From: Lachnospiraceae bacterium
GTDB lineage: Bacteria; Bacillota; Clostridia; Lachnospirales; Lachnospiraceae
Direction: 5' to 3'
Assembly (NCBI GenBank): GCA_024692905.1
Contig: JAILLY010000066.1
Location: 2,912 to 66,911, forward strand
DNA length: 64,000 nucleotides
Shown: one piece after another, positions 29,737-40,303 of the stretch
Numbering within the stretch: the stretch's first letter is position 1
How the letters are laid out: each line of letters begins with the position of its first letter
Program-made: the position numbers and the translations under genes
Notes under the pieces: generated by a model
The model's input: the letters and a program-made list of their open reading frames with translations, nothing else
What the model was told of the DNA's origin: nothing
The model's database searches: none

Positions 29737-30999
29737 ATGAATGAAAATTGGTACAGACTCGACAACGTGGCCAAGGTATTCCTTGCCGCACACAACAAAA
29801 GAAATCCGCGTTCCATCCGCGTGAGCTGTATCCTGACGGAACCCGTGGACGAAGCAATACTTAAGCAGGCGCTTGAACTCACGGTAAAACAGCGCCCCCA
29901 GTTCCAGGTCAGGATAAGAAGGGGCTTTTTCTGGCATTATCTTGAGCAGACTGACGCAACACCCGAGGTTTCAAAGGAGGAATCCGCCCCGTGCCCTTCC
30001 CTGTACGGAGGTGCATACAAGGGAGTCCTTCATTATCTTGTGACTTATTACCGCGACCGGATAAATGTGGACATGTTTCACGCCATAAGCGACGGGAACG
30101 GTGCTTTCCTTTTCCTGAAGCTTCTTGTGTTAAACTATCTTAAACTGAAACATTCGGGACGCTTCGATGAGGTTTCGCTCGGGGATACCGCTTCCTCCGA
30201 TGACAGGGAGCAGAACAGCTACGACCACTTCTACGATGACAGCAGCGGGCCGATACCGCATACCATACTCAACAAGAAAAAGAAGGCCTTCCGTATACCC
30301 GGCCGCATGCTTCCGTACAATCAGTTAAGATATTACGAGGTTCACATGGAGGCGGCAGGTCTTCTCAAACAGGCAAGGGAGCTTAAAGTGAGCCTTACAA
30401 GTTACATAGGGGCACAGCTTATGCTGGCAATAAGTTCCGATATGCCCATACGGCACCGCAAGGATCCGGTCACGATCTCCATTCCGGTCAACCTCCGCAA
30501 CTACTTTCCTTCCGAAACCATGCGGAATTTCTTCAACAACGTTGATGTTTCGCATATATTTGACGGAACCGAAACTCTTGAAGCTCTTTGCAGGGAATTC
30601 GATCTGCAGCTTAAATCAAGCCTGCGTCCCGAACTGATAAAGAAACAGATGAACAGATACCAGAGCATCGAAAGTTTCTTCCTTACAAGGATGGTGCCGC
30701 TGTTTATCAAGCAGCCGGTCGTAAGGCTTTTCTCCTGGATGGAAAACCGGACGGTGACTGCGGTACTCTCCAATCTCGGACATATAACCATGCCCGAAAA
30801 TACCGGACAGTACATTACTGGTTTTACCGATTTCTGCAGCACGGATAATCTGTTCATCACGGTCACGAGTTACGGAAACGATCTTGTGCTCGGGATAACG
30901 AGCGCCTACTCCGGGACCGGGACGATCCGTCGCCTGCTTAGTTCACTGAATATCGAAGACAGCAATATGTATATGTATGCAACTGAGGTTATACGGTAG
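29737..30999 (+). CDS. Condensation/alcohol-acetyltransferase-like acyltransferase (HxxxD family)
   Basis: 420 aa with HAISDGNG (HxxxDG) catalytic motif. Confidence 0.6.
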   Translation: MNENWYRLDNVAKVFLAAHNKRNPRSIRVSCILTEPVDEAILKQALELTVKQRPQFQVRIRRGFFWHYLEQTDATPEVSKEESAPCPSLYGGAYKGVLHYLVTYYRDRINVDMFHAISDGNGAFLFLKLLVLNYLKLKHSGRFDEVSLGDTASSDDREQNSYDHFYDDSSGPIPHTILNKKKKAFRIPGRMLPYNQLRYYEVHMEAAGLLKQARELKVSLTSYIGAQLMLAISSDMPIRHRKDPVTISIPVNLRNYFPSETMRNFFNNVDVSHIFDGTETLEALCREFDLQLKSSLRPELIKKQMNRYQSIESFFLTRMVPLFIKQPVVRLFSWMENRTVTAVLSNLGHITMPENTGQYITGFTDFCSTDNLFITVTSYGNDLVLGITSAYSGTGTIRRLLSSLNIEDSNMYMYATEVIR

Positions 31000-31000
31000 G

Positions 31001-31657
31001 ATGAAGAAATGTAATAACTGCAATATAATGATCGGCGGAAATACGGACACTTGTCCGCTGTGCCAGAATATGCTCTCCGGAGAAGCATCGCCCGACAACT
31101 GGCCTTCCCCAAGAAGGCTCAGGGTAAAGGCATTCGCATATAAACTCCAGCTTTTCATAGTACTTGCACTTACAACGATCGCGCTTTCCCTTGACTTTCT
31201 TCTTGATCTCAACAACGGAAAGCATTACAGCCTGCTTCTTGCTCTGTGGCTCATACTGTTCGAGATGGATCTTTCCGGAAATATGAAACGGCCTTTCGTG
31301 GTATCGAGAACGGTAAGCATAAGCACGTTCCATCTGTGCATCCTTCTCCTTGTCACCGGGTGGTTCCTGGGATTCCTCCCGGTCTCGGCCTATATCATCA
31401 CACCATCGCTGTTATGTGCGTCGCTGGCTGCAAATCTTGTATTTACGATGACAGACACCACGGAAAACGCGCTTGTATATCTTTTGGGAAATATCCTTCT
31501 GGTGATCATAGCATATGCCGTGCTAAAGCTAAAATATCCCGAGCCGGGGCTTTTATGGACGATATGTCTGATGCTTGGTTTCGTAGCCATTATAGGGACC
31601 GTGATATTCAAAGGCCGCAAGGTTTCCGATGAGATACAGAAGCGAATGAACTTCTGA
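31001..31657 (+). CDS. Zinc-ribbon N-terminus plus polytopic membrane protein (DUF6320-like)
   Basis: MKKCNNCNIMIGGNTDTCPLCQN (CxxC...CxxC) followed by 5-6 TM helices. ATG at 31001 is 2 nt after the upstream stop. Confidence 0.6.
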   Translation: MKKCNNCNIMIGGNTDTCPLCQNMLSGEASPDNWPSPRRLRVKAFAYKLQLFIVLALTTIALSLDFLLDLNNGKHYSLLLALWLILFEMDLSGNMKRPFVVSRTVSISTFHLCILLLVTGWFLGFLPVSAYIITPSLLCASLAANLVFTMTDTTENALVYLLGNILLVIIAYAVLKLKYPEPGLLWTICLMLGFVAIIGTVIFKGRKVSDEIQKRMNF

Positions 31658-31779
31658 ATACATGCATATCCTTATACATTATATCCGATAAGGACCGCTC
31701 CGGGGCAATCCGCATTGTCGGATAAATCTTTCGATAATGACCCTTTAACCCGGTATCTTTATATCTTTTTACAATGGGA

Positions 31780-33120
31780 TCATACGGGCGGAAGTATGAA
31801 TACCTGCCCTATGTCGATAAGCGAGGGATTGTTTATGATCCCGGCATTGAGTTCATATATCTCAACCCATCTGCTGCCGTCGCCCAGTTTCTCCTGAGCT
31901 ATCTTCCACAAACAATCACCCTTTGAAACAGTATATGTGTTATCCGCATCGGCGGATTCAACCGCCTCGCCGGGATCATCCGTGTCTTCCCGGGATTCAT
32001 TTACCGTCTGTTCGGCCTCTTCCCTTGATTCATTTACTATCTGTTCAGCTTCTTCCCTTGATTCATTTACTATCTGTTCAGCTTCTTCCTTTGAGTCGTT
32101 TACTATCTGTTCAGCTTCTTCCTTTGAATCGTTTAATACCTGCTCGGCTTCCTGCCTGGCATTGTTTACTATCTGCTCAGCCTCTTCACCGGCACGTGAC
32201 AGTATTTCCTCCGCTTCCTTATTTGCATCATCAAGTATCTGCTCAGCCTGGTCGTTTGCTTCATCCAGCATAGCCTGAGCTTCTTCCCGGGCTTGTGCAA
32301 GAAGTTCATCGGCCTCGGATGCGGAAGAGTCTGAATCCGCATCATCGGATTCGGCTGCATTTTCGGTTTCCGCGGTTTCTTCCACGTTTGTTTCTTCCAC
32401 GTTTTCGTTTTCCTCTACTGCGGGCAATTCTTCTTGCGTTTCTTCCTCTTCTTCGTTCTGCACCACTTCTCCGGCTGCTTCTTCGTCCTGCGTCTCTTCT
32501 CCGTCCTCTTCTTCGTCCTGCGTCTCTTCTCCGGACGCTTCTTCGTCCTGCGTCTCTTCTCCGGCCTCTTCTTCGTCCTGTGTCTCTTCTTCGGCCTCTT
32601 CTTCGTCCTGTGTCTCTTCTCCGGCCTGCGTCACTTCTTCGGCCGTTTCCGTGTTTTCTTCAGTTTCACCGTTATCACCGGCTTCATTTACTGTTCTGGG
32701 ATAATACTTCTCTATATCCTCTCCGGGTTCAACCATTATGATCTCCACATCGGAGAAACCCTTTGCTACTATCTTTTCAAGCAGGAGAGCCGCATCATTG
32801 TCGCCTGAAGCAAGCCCCATGAACGCACTTAAATCTCCTGTGATATTCACGTTTGCATCACCGTTGTCCGAAAGCTCTACGTCTGCGGAAATGACCTCGG
32901 CTCCTATCCCTTCATAAACCTTTCTCAGTTCCTCAACCGTATCAAGCACTTCCTTGCCGTCATTCTGCGGATCTGACAGGATGATGACCATCTTTCCTTT
33001 ATAATCTGCGTACTGCTCATCCGCAGCAAATGCCGAATACGTATTTGCGAATATGAAGGCGGCCGCAAAGGCGAGCATACATATTATTCCTTTTATTATC
33101 CTCTTAGCAGGTATGTTCAT
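31780..33120 (-). CDS. Secreted LysM-domain protein with acidic tandem repeats
   Basis: Signal peptide (MNIPAKRIIKGIICMLAFAAAFIFANTYSAFA), Glu/Asp-rich repeats and a C-terminal LysM domain (YTVSKGDCLWKIAQEKLGDGSRWVEIYELN). Start trimmed to ATG 33120 with GGAGGGG upstream. Confidence 0.8.
   Translation of the reverse strand: MNIPAKRIIKGIICMLAFAAAFIFANTYSAFAADEQYADYKGKMVIILSDPQNDGKEVLDTVEELRKVYEGIGAEVISADVELSDNGDANVNITGDLSAFMGLASGDNDAALLLEKIVAKGFSDVEIIMVEPGEDIEKYYPRTVNEAGDNGETEENTETAEEVTQAGEETQDEEEAEEETQDEEEAGEETQDEEASGEETQDEEEDGEETQDEEAAGEVVQNEEEEETQEELPAVEENENVEETNVEETAETENAAESDDADSDSSASEADELLAQAREEAQAMLDEANDQAEQILDDANKEAEEILSRAGEEAEQIVNNARQEAEQVLNDSKEEAEQIVNDSKEEAEQIVNESREEAEQIVNESREEAEQTVNESREDTDDPGEAVESADADNTYTVSKGDCLWKIAQEKLGDGSRWVEIYELNAGIINNPSLIDIGQVFILPPV
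31990..32200 (-). repeat. Coding 33-bp tandem repeats (EAEQIVN[DE]S[KR]E, about 6 units)
   Basis: Direct repeats of tcatttactatctgttcagcttcttcccttgat-type units are visible in the sequence. Confidence 0.8.
32470..32640 (-). repeat. Coding 30-bp tandem repeats (EETQDEEEA[EG], about 5 units)
   Basis: Direct repeats of cttcttcgtcctgcgtctcttctccggcct-type units. Confidence 0.8.
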
Positions 33121-33252
33121 AATCCGATCCCCTCCAGATCTGTATTTTGGATTCTGGTTAACATAATATATGATGTGCATGCTTTCGTACACTTTGGATA
33201 ATTCTAACAGAAAAGGCTTATCTTTTCCAGTCTTTAAGCGCCTTTGAGCAGC

Positions 33253-33282
33253 AAAAAAACGTCCTCGAACGGGACGTTTTTT
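33253..33282. terminator. Bidirectional-looking terminator downstream of the PAP2 gene
   Basis: AAAAAAACGTCC-tcgaacg-GGACGTTTTTT, with A-run and T-run on either side. Confidence 0.7.
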
Positions 33283-33389
33283 AAAGAATGGTATACATAA
33301 TTCCAATATTTTGTATCTTGCGTATGATGTTATGTCAATATATTGTAATTATGAACGATTTGTAAATTTTCAATTAACAATATATGAAC

Positions 33390-34085
33390 TCAAGCTCTTT
33401 CCTTATATAAAACATGTTCTTTGGCGAGGCTGCCTTCGGACTCATAAAGGGTCACAAGCCTGTCTGCCAGTACGAAAAGGATCAAAGCTCCGACAACATC
33501 CAGCAGGGAATGCTGCTTGATAAATACCGTCGACAGGATGATAAGGACCGAAAGAACATCGATCGCCACACGCATCAGCGGCTTCTTAAACAACCTTGTA
33601 TTGCTCCTCATGACCGCCTGCATTGCTACGCAGGTATTATATACGTGAATGCTCGGAAATACATTTGTCGAAGTATCTATCGTGTACAGATATGAGACCA
33701 TCCTGCAGAACACGTTATTATCGGGAACAAATGAAGGCCTAAGATACAGCTTGGTCGGTATGATAAGCGAAAATACGATGAAAACACTCATTCCGAATAC
33801 AAGCATATAACTGATCCTCTTATATTCGCTCTCCTTCTTGACAAGTAGGTATATGCATACACAGGGTATCATAAGGAACCAGGCGAAATAAGGAATGACA
33901 AAATATTCACAGAACGGGATCAGCCTGTCTATACGCATATATGTATACAGATATGACGGCGGATCGGCCTTTTCTATAACGGAAAAAAGAAACAGATAGG
34001 CTGCCATGAACATAAGCAGCGGCAAAAGCTTGCCTAACTTGTATTTCCAAAAGATCGCATATTTCCGTAATGTCTTCGGATCCAT
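33390..34085 (-). CDS. PAP2-superfamily membrane phosphatase-like protein
   Basis: Polytopic protein with PSIH and KQHSLLD (SxH / HxxxD-like) motifs. Start trimmed to MDPKTL (ATG 34085), consistent with the promoter TTGACA-17-TATTAT at about 34124-34152. Confidence 0.6.
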   Translation of the reverse strand: MDPKTLRKYAIFWKYKLGKLLPLLMFMAAYLFLFSVIEKADPPSYLYTYMRIDRLIPFCEYFVIPYFAWFLMIPCVCIYLLVKKESEYKRISYMLVFGMSVFIVFSLIIPTKLYLRPSFVPDNNVFCRMVSYLYTIDTSTNVFPSIHVYNTCVAMQAVMRSNTRLFKKPLMRVAIDVLSVLIILSTVFIKQHSLLDVVGALILFVLADRLVTLYESEGSLAKEHVLYKERA

Positions 34086-34172
34086 CAGTGCCCTTCCTCC
34101 GTTTATGCACAAAACCAAGACCTTATCATACGAATAATAGCCCCTGCACCTCACCGTGTCAACAATTATTTA

Positions 34173-34201
34173 TTGACTTGCAAATATGCATATACTATTA
34201 T
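34173..34201 (+). promoter_or_regulatory. Candidate promoter for the TVP38 gene
   Basis: TTGACT (34173-34178), 17 nt spacer, TATTAT (34196-34201). Confidence 0.55.
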
Positions 34202-34227
34202 AAATATGTTTTTTAAGAGGAAATATA

Positions 34228-34977
34228 ATGATCAAAGACTTGCTAAGATCCAAAAAATTCTGGATCGCTTCAATTTCACTGCTCATCGTTGTGGCCGTAG
34301 CTACGGCCCTCGTCCTTTATCTCGGGGAACCCATTATTGACATGATGGCCGACAGGGAAACATTCCGTTCCTGGATCCACAGTTTCGGTCCTGCGGGATG
34401 GCTGATATTCATAGGCCTCGAAGTGCTTCAGGTCGTCATCTCCGTGATCCCGGCCGGACCGGTAAACATAGCAGCCGGCTACTCATACGGAATATTCTGG
34501 GGAACCGTACTCTGCCTGATAGGTGATACTCTCGGCAGCATGATAGTATTCCTTCTGGTCAAGCGGTTCGGGATGAAGATCATCAGGATCTTCTTTAAAA
34601 ACGATGAGTTCAAAAAATACGAATCCGTACTTAACCGTCCCAAACTCAAACTGTTCATGTTCATATCCTTTATGATACCGAACACTCCCAAGGACCAGTT
34701 CTGCTATATAGCCGGCTTAAGTGACATATCCGTTGCGGAATGGTTTGTTATAGTATCGATCGGCCGTATGCCTTCGATACTGATAAGCACTCTTATGGGG
34801 AATGCGGCCTACCGGTCGGATCTGAGATCGTTCATACTCATATTCGCATTCTCCGTGGCCGCATGTATACTCGCTTATATCTTCTACCGCCGCTGGAACT
34901 TAAGCCAGGGCGGACAGGGATCATCTTCGGAGGTTAAAGAACCTTCCGAGATCGAAGCACCTGACATTCGTCCATGA
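34228..34977 (+). CDS. TVP38/TMEM64 (DedA-related, VTT domain) membrane protein
   Basis: 249 aa multi-TM protein with a typical VTT-domain core (PAGPVNIAAGYSYG..., PNTPKDQFCYIAGLS). Confidence 0.75.
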   Translation: MIKDLLRSKKFWIASISLLIVVAVATALVLYLGEPIIDMMADRETFRSWIHSFGPAGWLIFIGLEVLQVVISVIPAGPVNIAAGYSYGIFWGTVLCLIGDTLGSMIVFLLVKRFGMKIIRIFFKNDEFKKYESVLNRPKLKLFMFISFMIPNTPKDQFCYIAGLSDISVAEWFVIVSIGRMPSILISTLMGNAAYRSDLRSFILIFAFSVAACILAYIFYRRWNLSQGGQGSSSEVKEPSEIEAPDIRP

Positions 34978-36357
34978 CCGGTTAATACGGTCATTACTCT
35001 CATCATCAAAACAGGCCATGACCACCGAACGGTCCACAACGCTTTTGGGCGGATATTGCGCATAAAGCTGCCTTCTGCCCTGATCTTCCGGCACCGTCAC
35101 CGTGTATTTTTCGTTCGCCTCATCTGAATCTTCTTCAAAGAAATAGCCTATATTGTCGTATTCAATGGTATCCTCTTCTTCATCCTCCGCCTCATAATTA
35201 TACTTAAGATAATCGAATACAAGGGGGCTTTCTCCTCCGGAGATCACAGAGGTATATCCGATGTAATACATATTTCTGACCGCATTTTCGGGCATACTCA
35301 TGAAGTTTACGAACGCTTCTGCCGCATGCCTCTTTCTTTCATCCCGGTTTATGCCCTTCTTCAGCATCACCCAGCCGTCAAACCACAGATTGGTACCTTC
35401 CGCGGGTGCCGAATAGCACAGCTCATAGCCGTCTTCCTCTGCCTGGTCGAGAGTATATACCGCATCGCCCGACCACTGTTCGTTTGCGACCACCTTTCCG
35501 GTCACCATATCCGCCTTTCCGCTGTCAGTCTCAAAGGAATAAACGTTGTCCTTTGCCCGGATAAGGATATCCTCTACCGCCTGCACGGTATCGGGATCTG
35601 TCCTGTTAAGTATTTCGGCAAGCCGTTTATGATAATCTGCGGATCTTATGAAATCCTCATCGGTGATCTCATCATAGTAATTTATCGCAGCTGCGGCAAA
35701 GTATGCATCACGCACACTGTCCTTTATCGTAACACGGCGGTAATGGTCCCTGTTTATAAGGATATTCCAATGGGAAGCCTCCTCATCGGTCACCTCTTCG
35801 GGATTATATACGATCCCGAGAGTACCCCACATATATCCTGCCGCATATTTGTCAAGCCTCTCACCATCGATGGAAAGCCTGGAAAAGACATTTCTTATAT
35901 AAGGTGAGACTCCGTACGAATAATAATTTCCGGGAGCTTTGGGATCGTGGAATCCGTCAGAATACGGTTCGAGCATCCCTTCACGCATCATCTTCATTAT
36001 CATGTATTCCGACGGACATGCGAGATCGTAAACATCTCCGATCGTGATCTGATTGTACAGTTCCTCGTTCGTTCCGAATGTTGAATATTCGACCTTAACG
36101 GGTATTCCGTAGGTTTCAAGATACCATTCTTCGAAGTCCTCCACAAGGCTCCCTTCGCCGATTATCGAAGTCCCGTCACTTAATTCGATGGTCTCATCTT
36201 CATCCCATCCGCCTTCATCTATGTATTCTTCCCAGTTACATACGCAAAGCGTAACCGTATCGGAGCCTGCCCGTTTACAGCCGTTAAGAACTAAAGCCGA
36301 AAGGACAAGAGACATAAGCATGAATATGACCGCTGTTTTTATAAGATGACCTCTCAT
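34921..36357 (-). CDS. potD: Spermidine/putrescine ABC transporter substrate-binding lipoprotein (long form)
   Basis: Lipobox LVLNGC and PotD-like SBP sequence. Last gene of potABCD. Start trimmed to ATG 36357, which overlaps the potC stop. Confidence 0.8.
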   Translation of the reverse strand: MRGHLIKTAVIFMLMSLVLSALVLNGCKRAGSDTVTLCVCNWEEYIDEGGWDEDETIELSDGTSIIGEGSLVEDFEEWYLETYGIPVKVEYSTFGTNEELYNQITIGDVYDLACPSEYMIMKMMREGMLEPYSDGFHDPKAPGNYYSYGVSPYIRNVFSRLSIDGERLDKYAAGYMWGTLGIVYNPEEVTDEEASHWNILINRDHYRRVTIKDSVRDAYFAAAAINYYDEITDEDFIRSADYHKRLAEILNRTDPDTVQAVEDILIRAKDNVYSFETDSGKADMVTGKVVANEQWSGDAVYTLDQAEEDGYELCYSAPAEGTNLWFDGWVMLKKGINRDERKRHAAEAFVNFMSMPENAVRNMYYIGYTSVISGGESPLVFDYLKYNYEAEDEEEDTIEYDNIGYFFEEDSDEANEKYTVTVPEDQGRRQLYAQYPPKSVVDRSVVMACFDDESNDRINRSWTNVRCFDLGRFFNLRR

Positions 36358-37151
36358 ACCCTTACACTGCCCTCCTCTTTTCCTGCCCTTATATTGGCAC
36401 CGGCAACGACGGCGACAACAGCCACGAACATCACGGCAGACAATGCCCAAAGTGCGGTCTTGATATCGGTCTGCGCACCTCTCGTCGCATTTACGACATA
36501 GGTACTGATCGTATCGAAAGTCGCGGGTTTTAAGTATGTTGCTATAAAATAATCGTCAAGCGACAGGGTAACCGCCGTCATAAAACCGGATACTATTCCC
36601 GGCATTATCTGCGGTATCACAACCTTTTTCAGGGCATGCACGGGATCGCAGCCAAGATCGAGCGCGGCCTCATAAAGCGAATTATCCATCATCTTAAGCC
36701 TTGGCATCACGCACAGATACACAAAAGGCGTACACAACGCCGTCTGAGCGATGACAAGGGGGATATAGGTATCCTTATCCATATGGAGAAGTACGATCAT
36801 GAATATGCAGATCGAAAAACCCGTTACAACATCAGCGTTGACCACCGGAACTTCGTTGAATATCTCAATGGTGCGTCTTATCCCTTTGCGTGAATAAAAG
36901 GCGCCCACCGCTCCGGCGGTACCAAGAAGCACGGAAACGACGGCTACAATGATGGCGAGCGACAACGTTCCGAACATCATCTCAAGGAGCTCAGGCTCCG
37001 TGAACAGAGTCACATAATTCTTAACTGAGAATTCCCTTACCGAACCTATCATGGCGGAGCCTGTAAAGCTGTAAAACGTAAGTATGAGGATCGGAAGATA
37101 TAAAAACGCAAGCACAAGCCAGATGATGATATGCTGCCCGTATTTCTTCAT
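36354..37151 (-). CDS. potC: Spermidine/putrescine ABC transporter permease
   Basis: 6-TM BPD-type permease with EAA loop (YEAALDLGC). Confidence 0.85.
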   Translation of the reverse strand: MKKYGQHIIIWLVLAFLYLPILILTFYSFTGSAMIGSVREFSVKNYVTLFTEPELLEMMFGTLSLAIIVAVVSVLLGTAGAVGAFYSRKGIRRTIEIFNEVPVVNADVVTGFSICIFMIVLLHMDKDTYIPLVIAQTALCTPFVYLCVMPRLKMMDNSLYEAALDLGCDPVHALKKVVIPQIMPGIVSGFMTAVTLSLDDYFIATYLKPATFDTISTYVVNATRGAQTDIKTALWALSAVMFVAVVAVVAGANIRAGKEEGSVRV

Positions 37152-37936
37152 ATGCGCTCCTCCTCCTTCCCGAGTATGACTTTATCGGTAAATACCGTAA
37201 AGAAGCCGATTAGCATCAGCAGTATCGCGGATATGATCGATCCGTTGTTCCAGTCGTATGAATTGAAATAACTGCCGATAAGGCTTCCCATGATATACGT
37301 GCTGTTATAAACCATATCAAGTACGACATAATTGGTCATCGCAGGGAGGAATACCATGGTCACACCGCTTATGATACCGGGGACCGACAGCGGAAGTATG
37401 ACCTTTAACAATACCTGCGGAAAGGTCGCCCCCAGATCGTGCCCCGCTTCTATCATGGATTTATCCAGCTTGGTAAGGGCATTGAACAGCGGCATTATCA
37501 TAAACGGCAGAAAATCATAAACCATACAGATCACCGTGTTCATAAAGGGATGATACGCAAGGTTGCCCTCAAGCACGGTGAGTATCTCCTTAAGTGCGGT
37601 TATCCTTAACGTAAAGTTTATCCACATGGGGAGCACGAAGACCATAAGAAACGCATGCTTCCTCGCATAACTTCCCTTGGCAAGGATATATGCCACGGGA
37701 TATGCAAGCAGCAGGCAGATGGCCGTCACTACAACAGCGATCACAAGCGAATATACGAGCGTTCCCATAGTCTTGCCGTTTGTAAAGAATTCCGCGAAAT
37801 TCCGGCACGACAAATGACCTTCCGCATCTGTAAACCCGTAATAAAGCACTACCAGAAGCGGCATGACCACAAAGAGCACAAGATATATAAAGTACGGAAC
37901 AGCGAGCTGCTTCCTGTCAAAAGTCACTTTGTTCAA
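37148..37936 (-). CDS. potB: Spermidine/putrescine ABC transporter permease
   Basis: 6-TM permease with EAA loop (IEAGHDLGA). Its start and stop overlap the neighbouring genes. Confidence 0.85.
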   Translation of the reverse strand: MNKVTFDRKQLAVPYFIYLVLFVVMPLLVVLYYGFTDAEGHLSCRNFAEFFTNGKTMGTLVYSLVIAVVVTAICLLLAYPVAYILAKGSYARKHAFLMVFVLPMWINFTLRITALKEILTVLEGNLAYHPFMNTVICMVYDFLPFMIMPLFNALTKLDKSMIEAGHDLGATFPQVLLKVILPLSVPGIISGVTMVFLPAMTNYVVLDMVYNSTYIMGSLIGSYFNSYDWNNGSIISAILLMLIGFFTVFTDKVILGKEEERI

Positions 37937-39396
37937 TGCATATCCTCCTGCTTAAGACGGAATTTCATCTTTTTCTTAGGCAGGATGACGCTGACCTTAT
38001 CATCCTGGTTCCACAGATCTTCGTCATCTACCACATAATCGATCTCATTATCGGTCCTTATTGTATAGCTGTAATGGTCGCCTATATAATAGAAAGAAAC
38101 TATCCTTCCGACCACATCGCCTTCCTTGGCATCATCGGACATATCTCCGTCCTCGGGCTGATAAAAAGCAATGACTTCCTTACCCTGATAATCTATAAAC
38201 TCACCGTTCTCATCAAGCAGCCGTCCCTTTGATACCCTTGAATCCGGGTAGATACGATGCTGGTCCACGAACATGGCAAAATCCTTAAATACAAGGTACA
38301 GTCCTTTCCCGTCGACAAACCCGTCGATAAATCCAAGGAAATTGTTAATGGTCATATCATAAGGAATGATATGTATGTTGTCAGGCAGGACCGTAAGGCC
38401 GACAACAGCACCGGGCCTGTAATGCTCAAGGCAGTGGACTTCCATCTCATACTGCCCGCACTGGACGAATGTAACATAGAAAGTCCCCTTGAAATCGGCG
38501 CTTGTAACCTCTCCTGTCAGGATTCCGTCCTTTTCACCGACCACAGAGACATCTTCGGGACGGATCACCGCTTCTATCTTCTTACCCGGTTCATAATCAT
38601 CCACGCATTCAAACTCCGCACCGGCAAACGATGCCTTTCTCCTGCCGCTCATTACTCCGTTGAAGATATTGCTCTCTCCGATAAAGTCCGCAACAAACAC
38701 ATTGGCCGGTTCATTATATATCTCCTCCGGTGTCCCGACCTGCTGGATCTTCCCGTCTGCCATGACCACGATCTTATCGGACATGGTAAGTGCCTCTTCC
38801 TGATCGTGTGTGACAAAGATAAATGTGATCCCGAGGCGTTTATGCATGTTTTTAAGTTCAAGCTGCATCTCCTTGCGCATCTTGTAATCAAGCGCGCTTA
38901 AGGGTTCATCAAGCAGCAGGACCCTGGGTTCATTTACAACAGCCCTCGCGATCGCTATGCGCTGCTGCTGTCCTCCGGACAGGGTTGATACACTTCTCTT
39001 TTCAAACCCTTCAAGATCGACGAGTTCAAGAACTTCCTTTACCTTCCTGTCTATCTCATCCTTTTCGAGTTTCTTGAGTTTGAGCCCGAAAGCGATATTG
39101 TCATACACGTTAAGATGAGGGAACAGGGCATATTTCTGGAAAACCGTATTTACCGGCCGCTCATTTGGCGGAAGCAGTGATATATCATTATCATCAAGCA
39201 GTATCTTACCGTCAGTCGGCCTGTCAAAGCCTCCGATCATCCGGAGTATAGTTGTCTTGCCGCATCCGGAAGGGCCGAGGAGAGTCACAAACTCCCCCTC
39301 ATTTATGTCAAGGCTCAGCTCCTCGATCACGTTTACCTTGCCGTCATAACTCTTCCTTACTCCGTCAAGCCTTATTATCGTCTTAGTTTCACTCAT
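37933..39396 (-). CDS. potA: Spermidine/putrescine ABC transporter ATP-binding protein (with C-terminal extension of about 120 aa)
   Basis: Walker [18 protein letters not shown], Walker B LLLDEP. 487 aa. Confidence 0.88.
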   Translation of the reverse strand: MSETKTIIRLDGVRKSYDGKVNVIEELSLDINEGEFVTLLGPSGCGKTTILRMIGGFDRPTDGKILLDDNDISLLPPNERPVNTVFQKYALFPHLNVYDNIAFGLKLKKLEKDEIDRKVKEVLELVDLEGFEKRSVSTLSGGQQQRIAIARAVVNEPRVLLLDEPLSALDYKMRKEMQLELKNMHKRLGITFIFVTHDQEEALTMSDKIVVMADGKIQQVGTPEEIYNEPANVFVADFIGESNIFNGVMSGRRKASFAGAEFECVDDYEPGKKIEAVIRPEDVSVVGEKDGILTGEVTSADFKGTFYVTFVQCGQYEMEVHCLEHYRPGAVVGLTVLPDNIHIIPYDMTINNFLGFIDGFVDGKGLYLVFKDFAMFVDQHRIYPDSRVSKGRLLDENGEFIDYQGKEVIAFYQPEDGDMSDDAKEGDVVGRIVSFYYIGDHYSYTIRTDNEIDYVVDDEDLWNQDDKVSVILPKKKMKFRLKQEDMH

Positions 39397-39437
39397 CCGT
39401 ATGTCCTCTTTACAGTTTATGGTATTCCGTAAGTTCT

Positions 39438-40301
39438 TTAATATGCCATCCTGAATATATCATAAATACCGTCCCACATTATCCACCGGCCCTTGATCTT
39501 TACAACCGTGATCTCAATGGGGAACGCCTCATTCACGGGGCCGTCCTTTGATGTTCCCGTGACACTTTCCGTACAGTAAAGCCTGTAGCCTCTGGTAACC
39601 CTGGCATCTTCAAGGGATGATGTCAGGTCAAAAAGCGCCGAAGTCACCTTGGCATCACCTGTTCCCGCCAGCCATGAACGGCCTATGTCATTCATGAGTC
39701 CGGCAAAATCAGCCGTATATGAATTGCATTGGGATGCACTGAGCGGCTCCGCGATATTGATGGTCACACGGTATTTAAAATCGTCCCCGTATCTGGCGCG
39801 GTTATCCTCATAGACCGCATGGCTCTCGTCCATGGAAGAATAAAGATCGTCCATATACGCCTGATTCTGGCGAAGCTTCTTCCTTAACTTCCTAAGGCCG
39901 CGCTCCGCAAGCCCGTTCCCGTATGCCGCAGCCAGATCTTCACTCGAATATCCGTCCTTGTTAAGATACTCTTCATATACCGCAACCGGAGTCCTGTAAT
40001 CATTTCCAACCCCCGTCATGGCAAATATCACCACTGCCCCGAGGATAATGAGTGATACCAAAAGGAACAAAAGCCGTATTGCGATACGGCGGTTCATGCG
40101 CTTTTTCTTCTTCCCCGCCGTCAAGCCTTCCGTCAGAGCGGACTCTTCATCGTCATCTTCGTCATCATCCAAAGAAGGACCGGTGTCTGTCTTTCTCCTG
40201 ACTCTCACAGGCTCATCAAGTTCCTCATCCGAAAGCTCATCTTCATCTTTTGCATCATCCAGGATTATGACATGTTTAACCTTTTTATCTTTTCCTGCCA
40301 T
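39438..40301 (-). CDS. Hypothetical single-pass membrane protein with acidic N-terminus
   Basis: Long ORF with one TM helix ([23 protein letters not shown]). I recognised no family. Confidence 0.5.
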   Translation of the reverse strand: MAGKDKKVKHVIILDDAKDEDELSDEELDEPVRVRRKTDTGPSLDDDEDDDEESALTEGLTAGKKKKRMNRRIAIRLLFLLVSLIILGAVVIFAMTGVGNDYRTPVAVYEEYLNKDGYSSEDLAAAYGNGLAERGLRKLRKKLRQNQAYMDDLYSSMDESHAVYEDNRARYGDDFKYRVTINIAEPLSASQCNSYTADFAGLMNDIGRSWLAGTGDAKVTSALFDLTSSLEDARVTRGYRLYCTESVTGTSKDGPVNEAFPIEITVVKIKGRWIMWDGIYDIFRMAY

Positions 40302-40303
40302 CT

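Noticed and set aside
31990-32640. CRISPR-like regular direct repeats (also 14352-15176)
   Set aside because: The repeats are contiguous with no unique spacers, are in frame inside long ORFs, and encode periodic peptide motifs. No cas genes are present.
34124-34152. Possible fourth copy of the sulfur operator at the PAP2 promoter (TTGACACGGTGAGGTGCAGG resembles the metY promoter TTGACACGGTAGGCAGG)
   Set aside because: It lacks the upstream AAAACCTA half and the GTAGG is disrupted. The gene has no sulfur connection, so this is probably chance similarity around a consensus -35.
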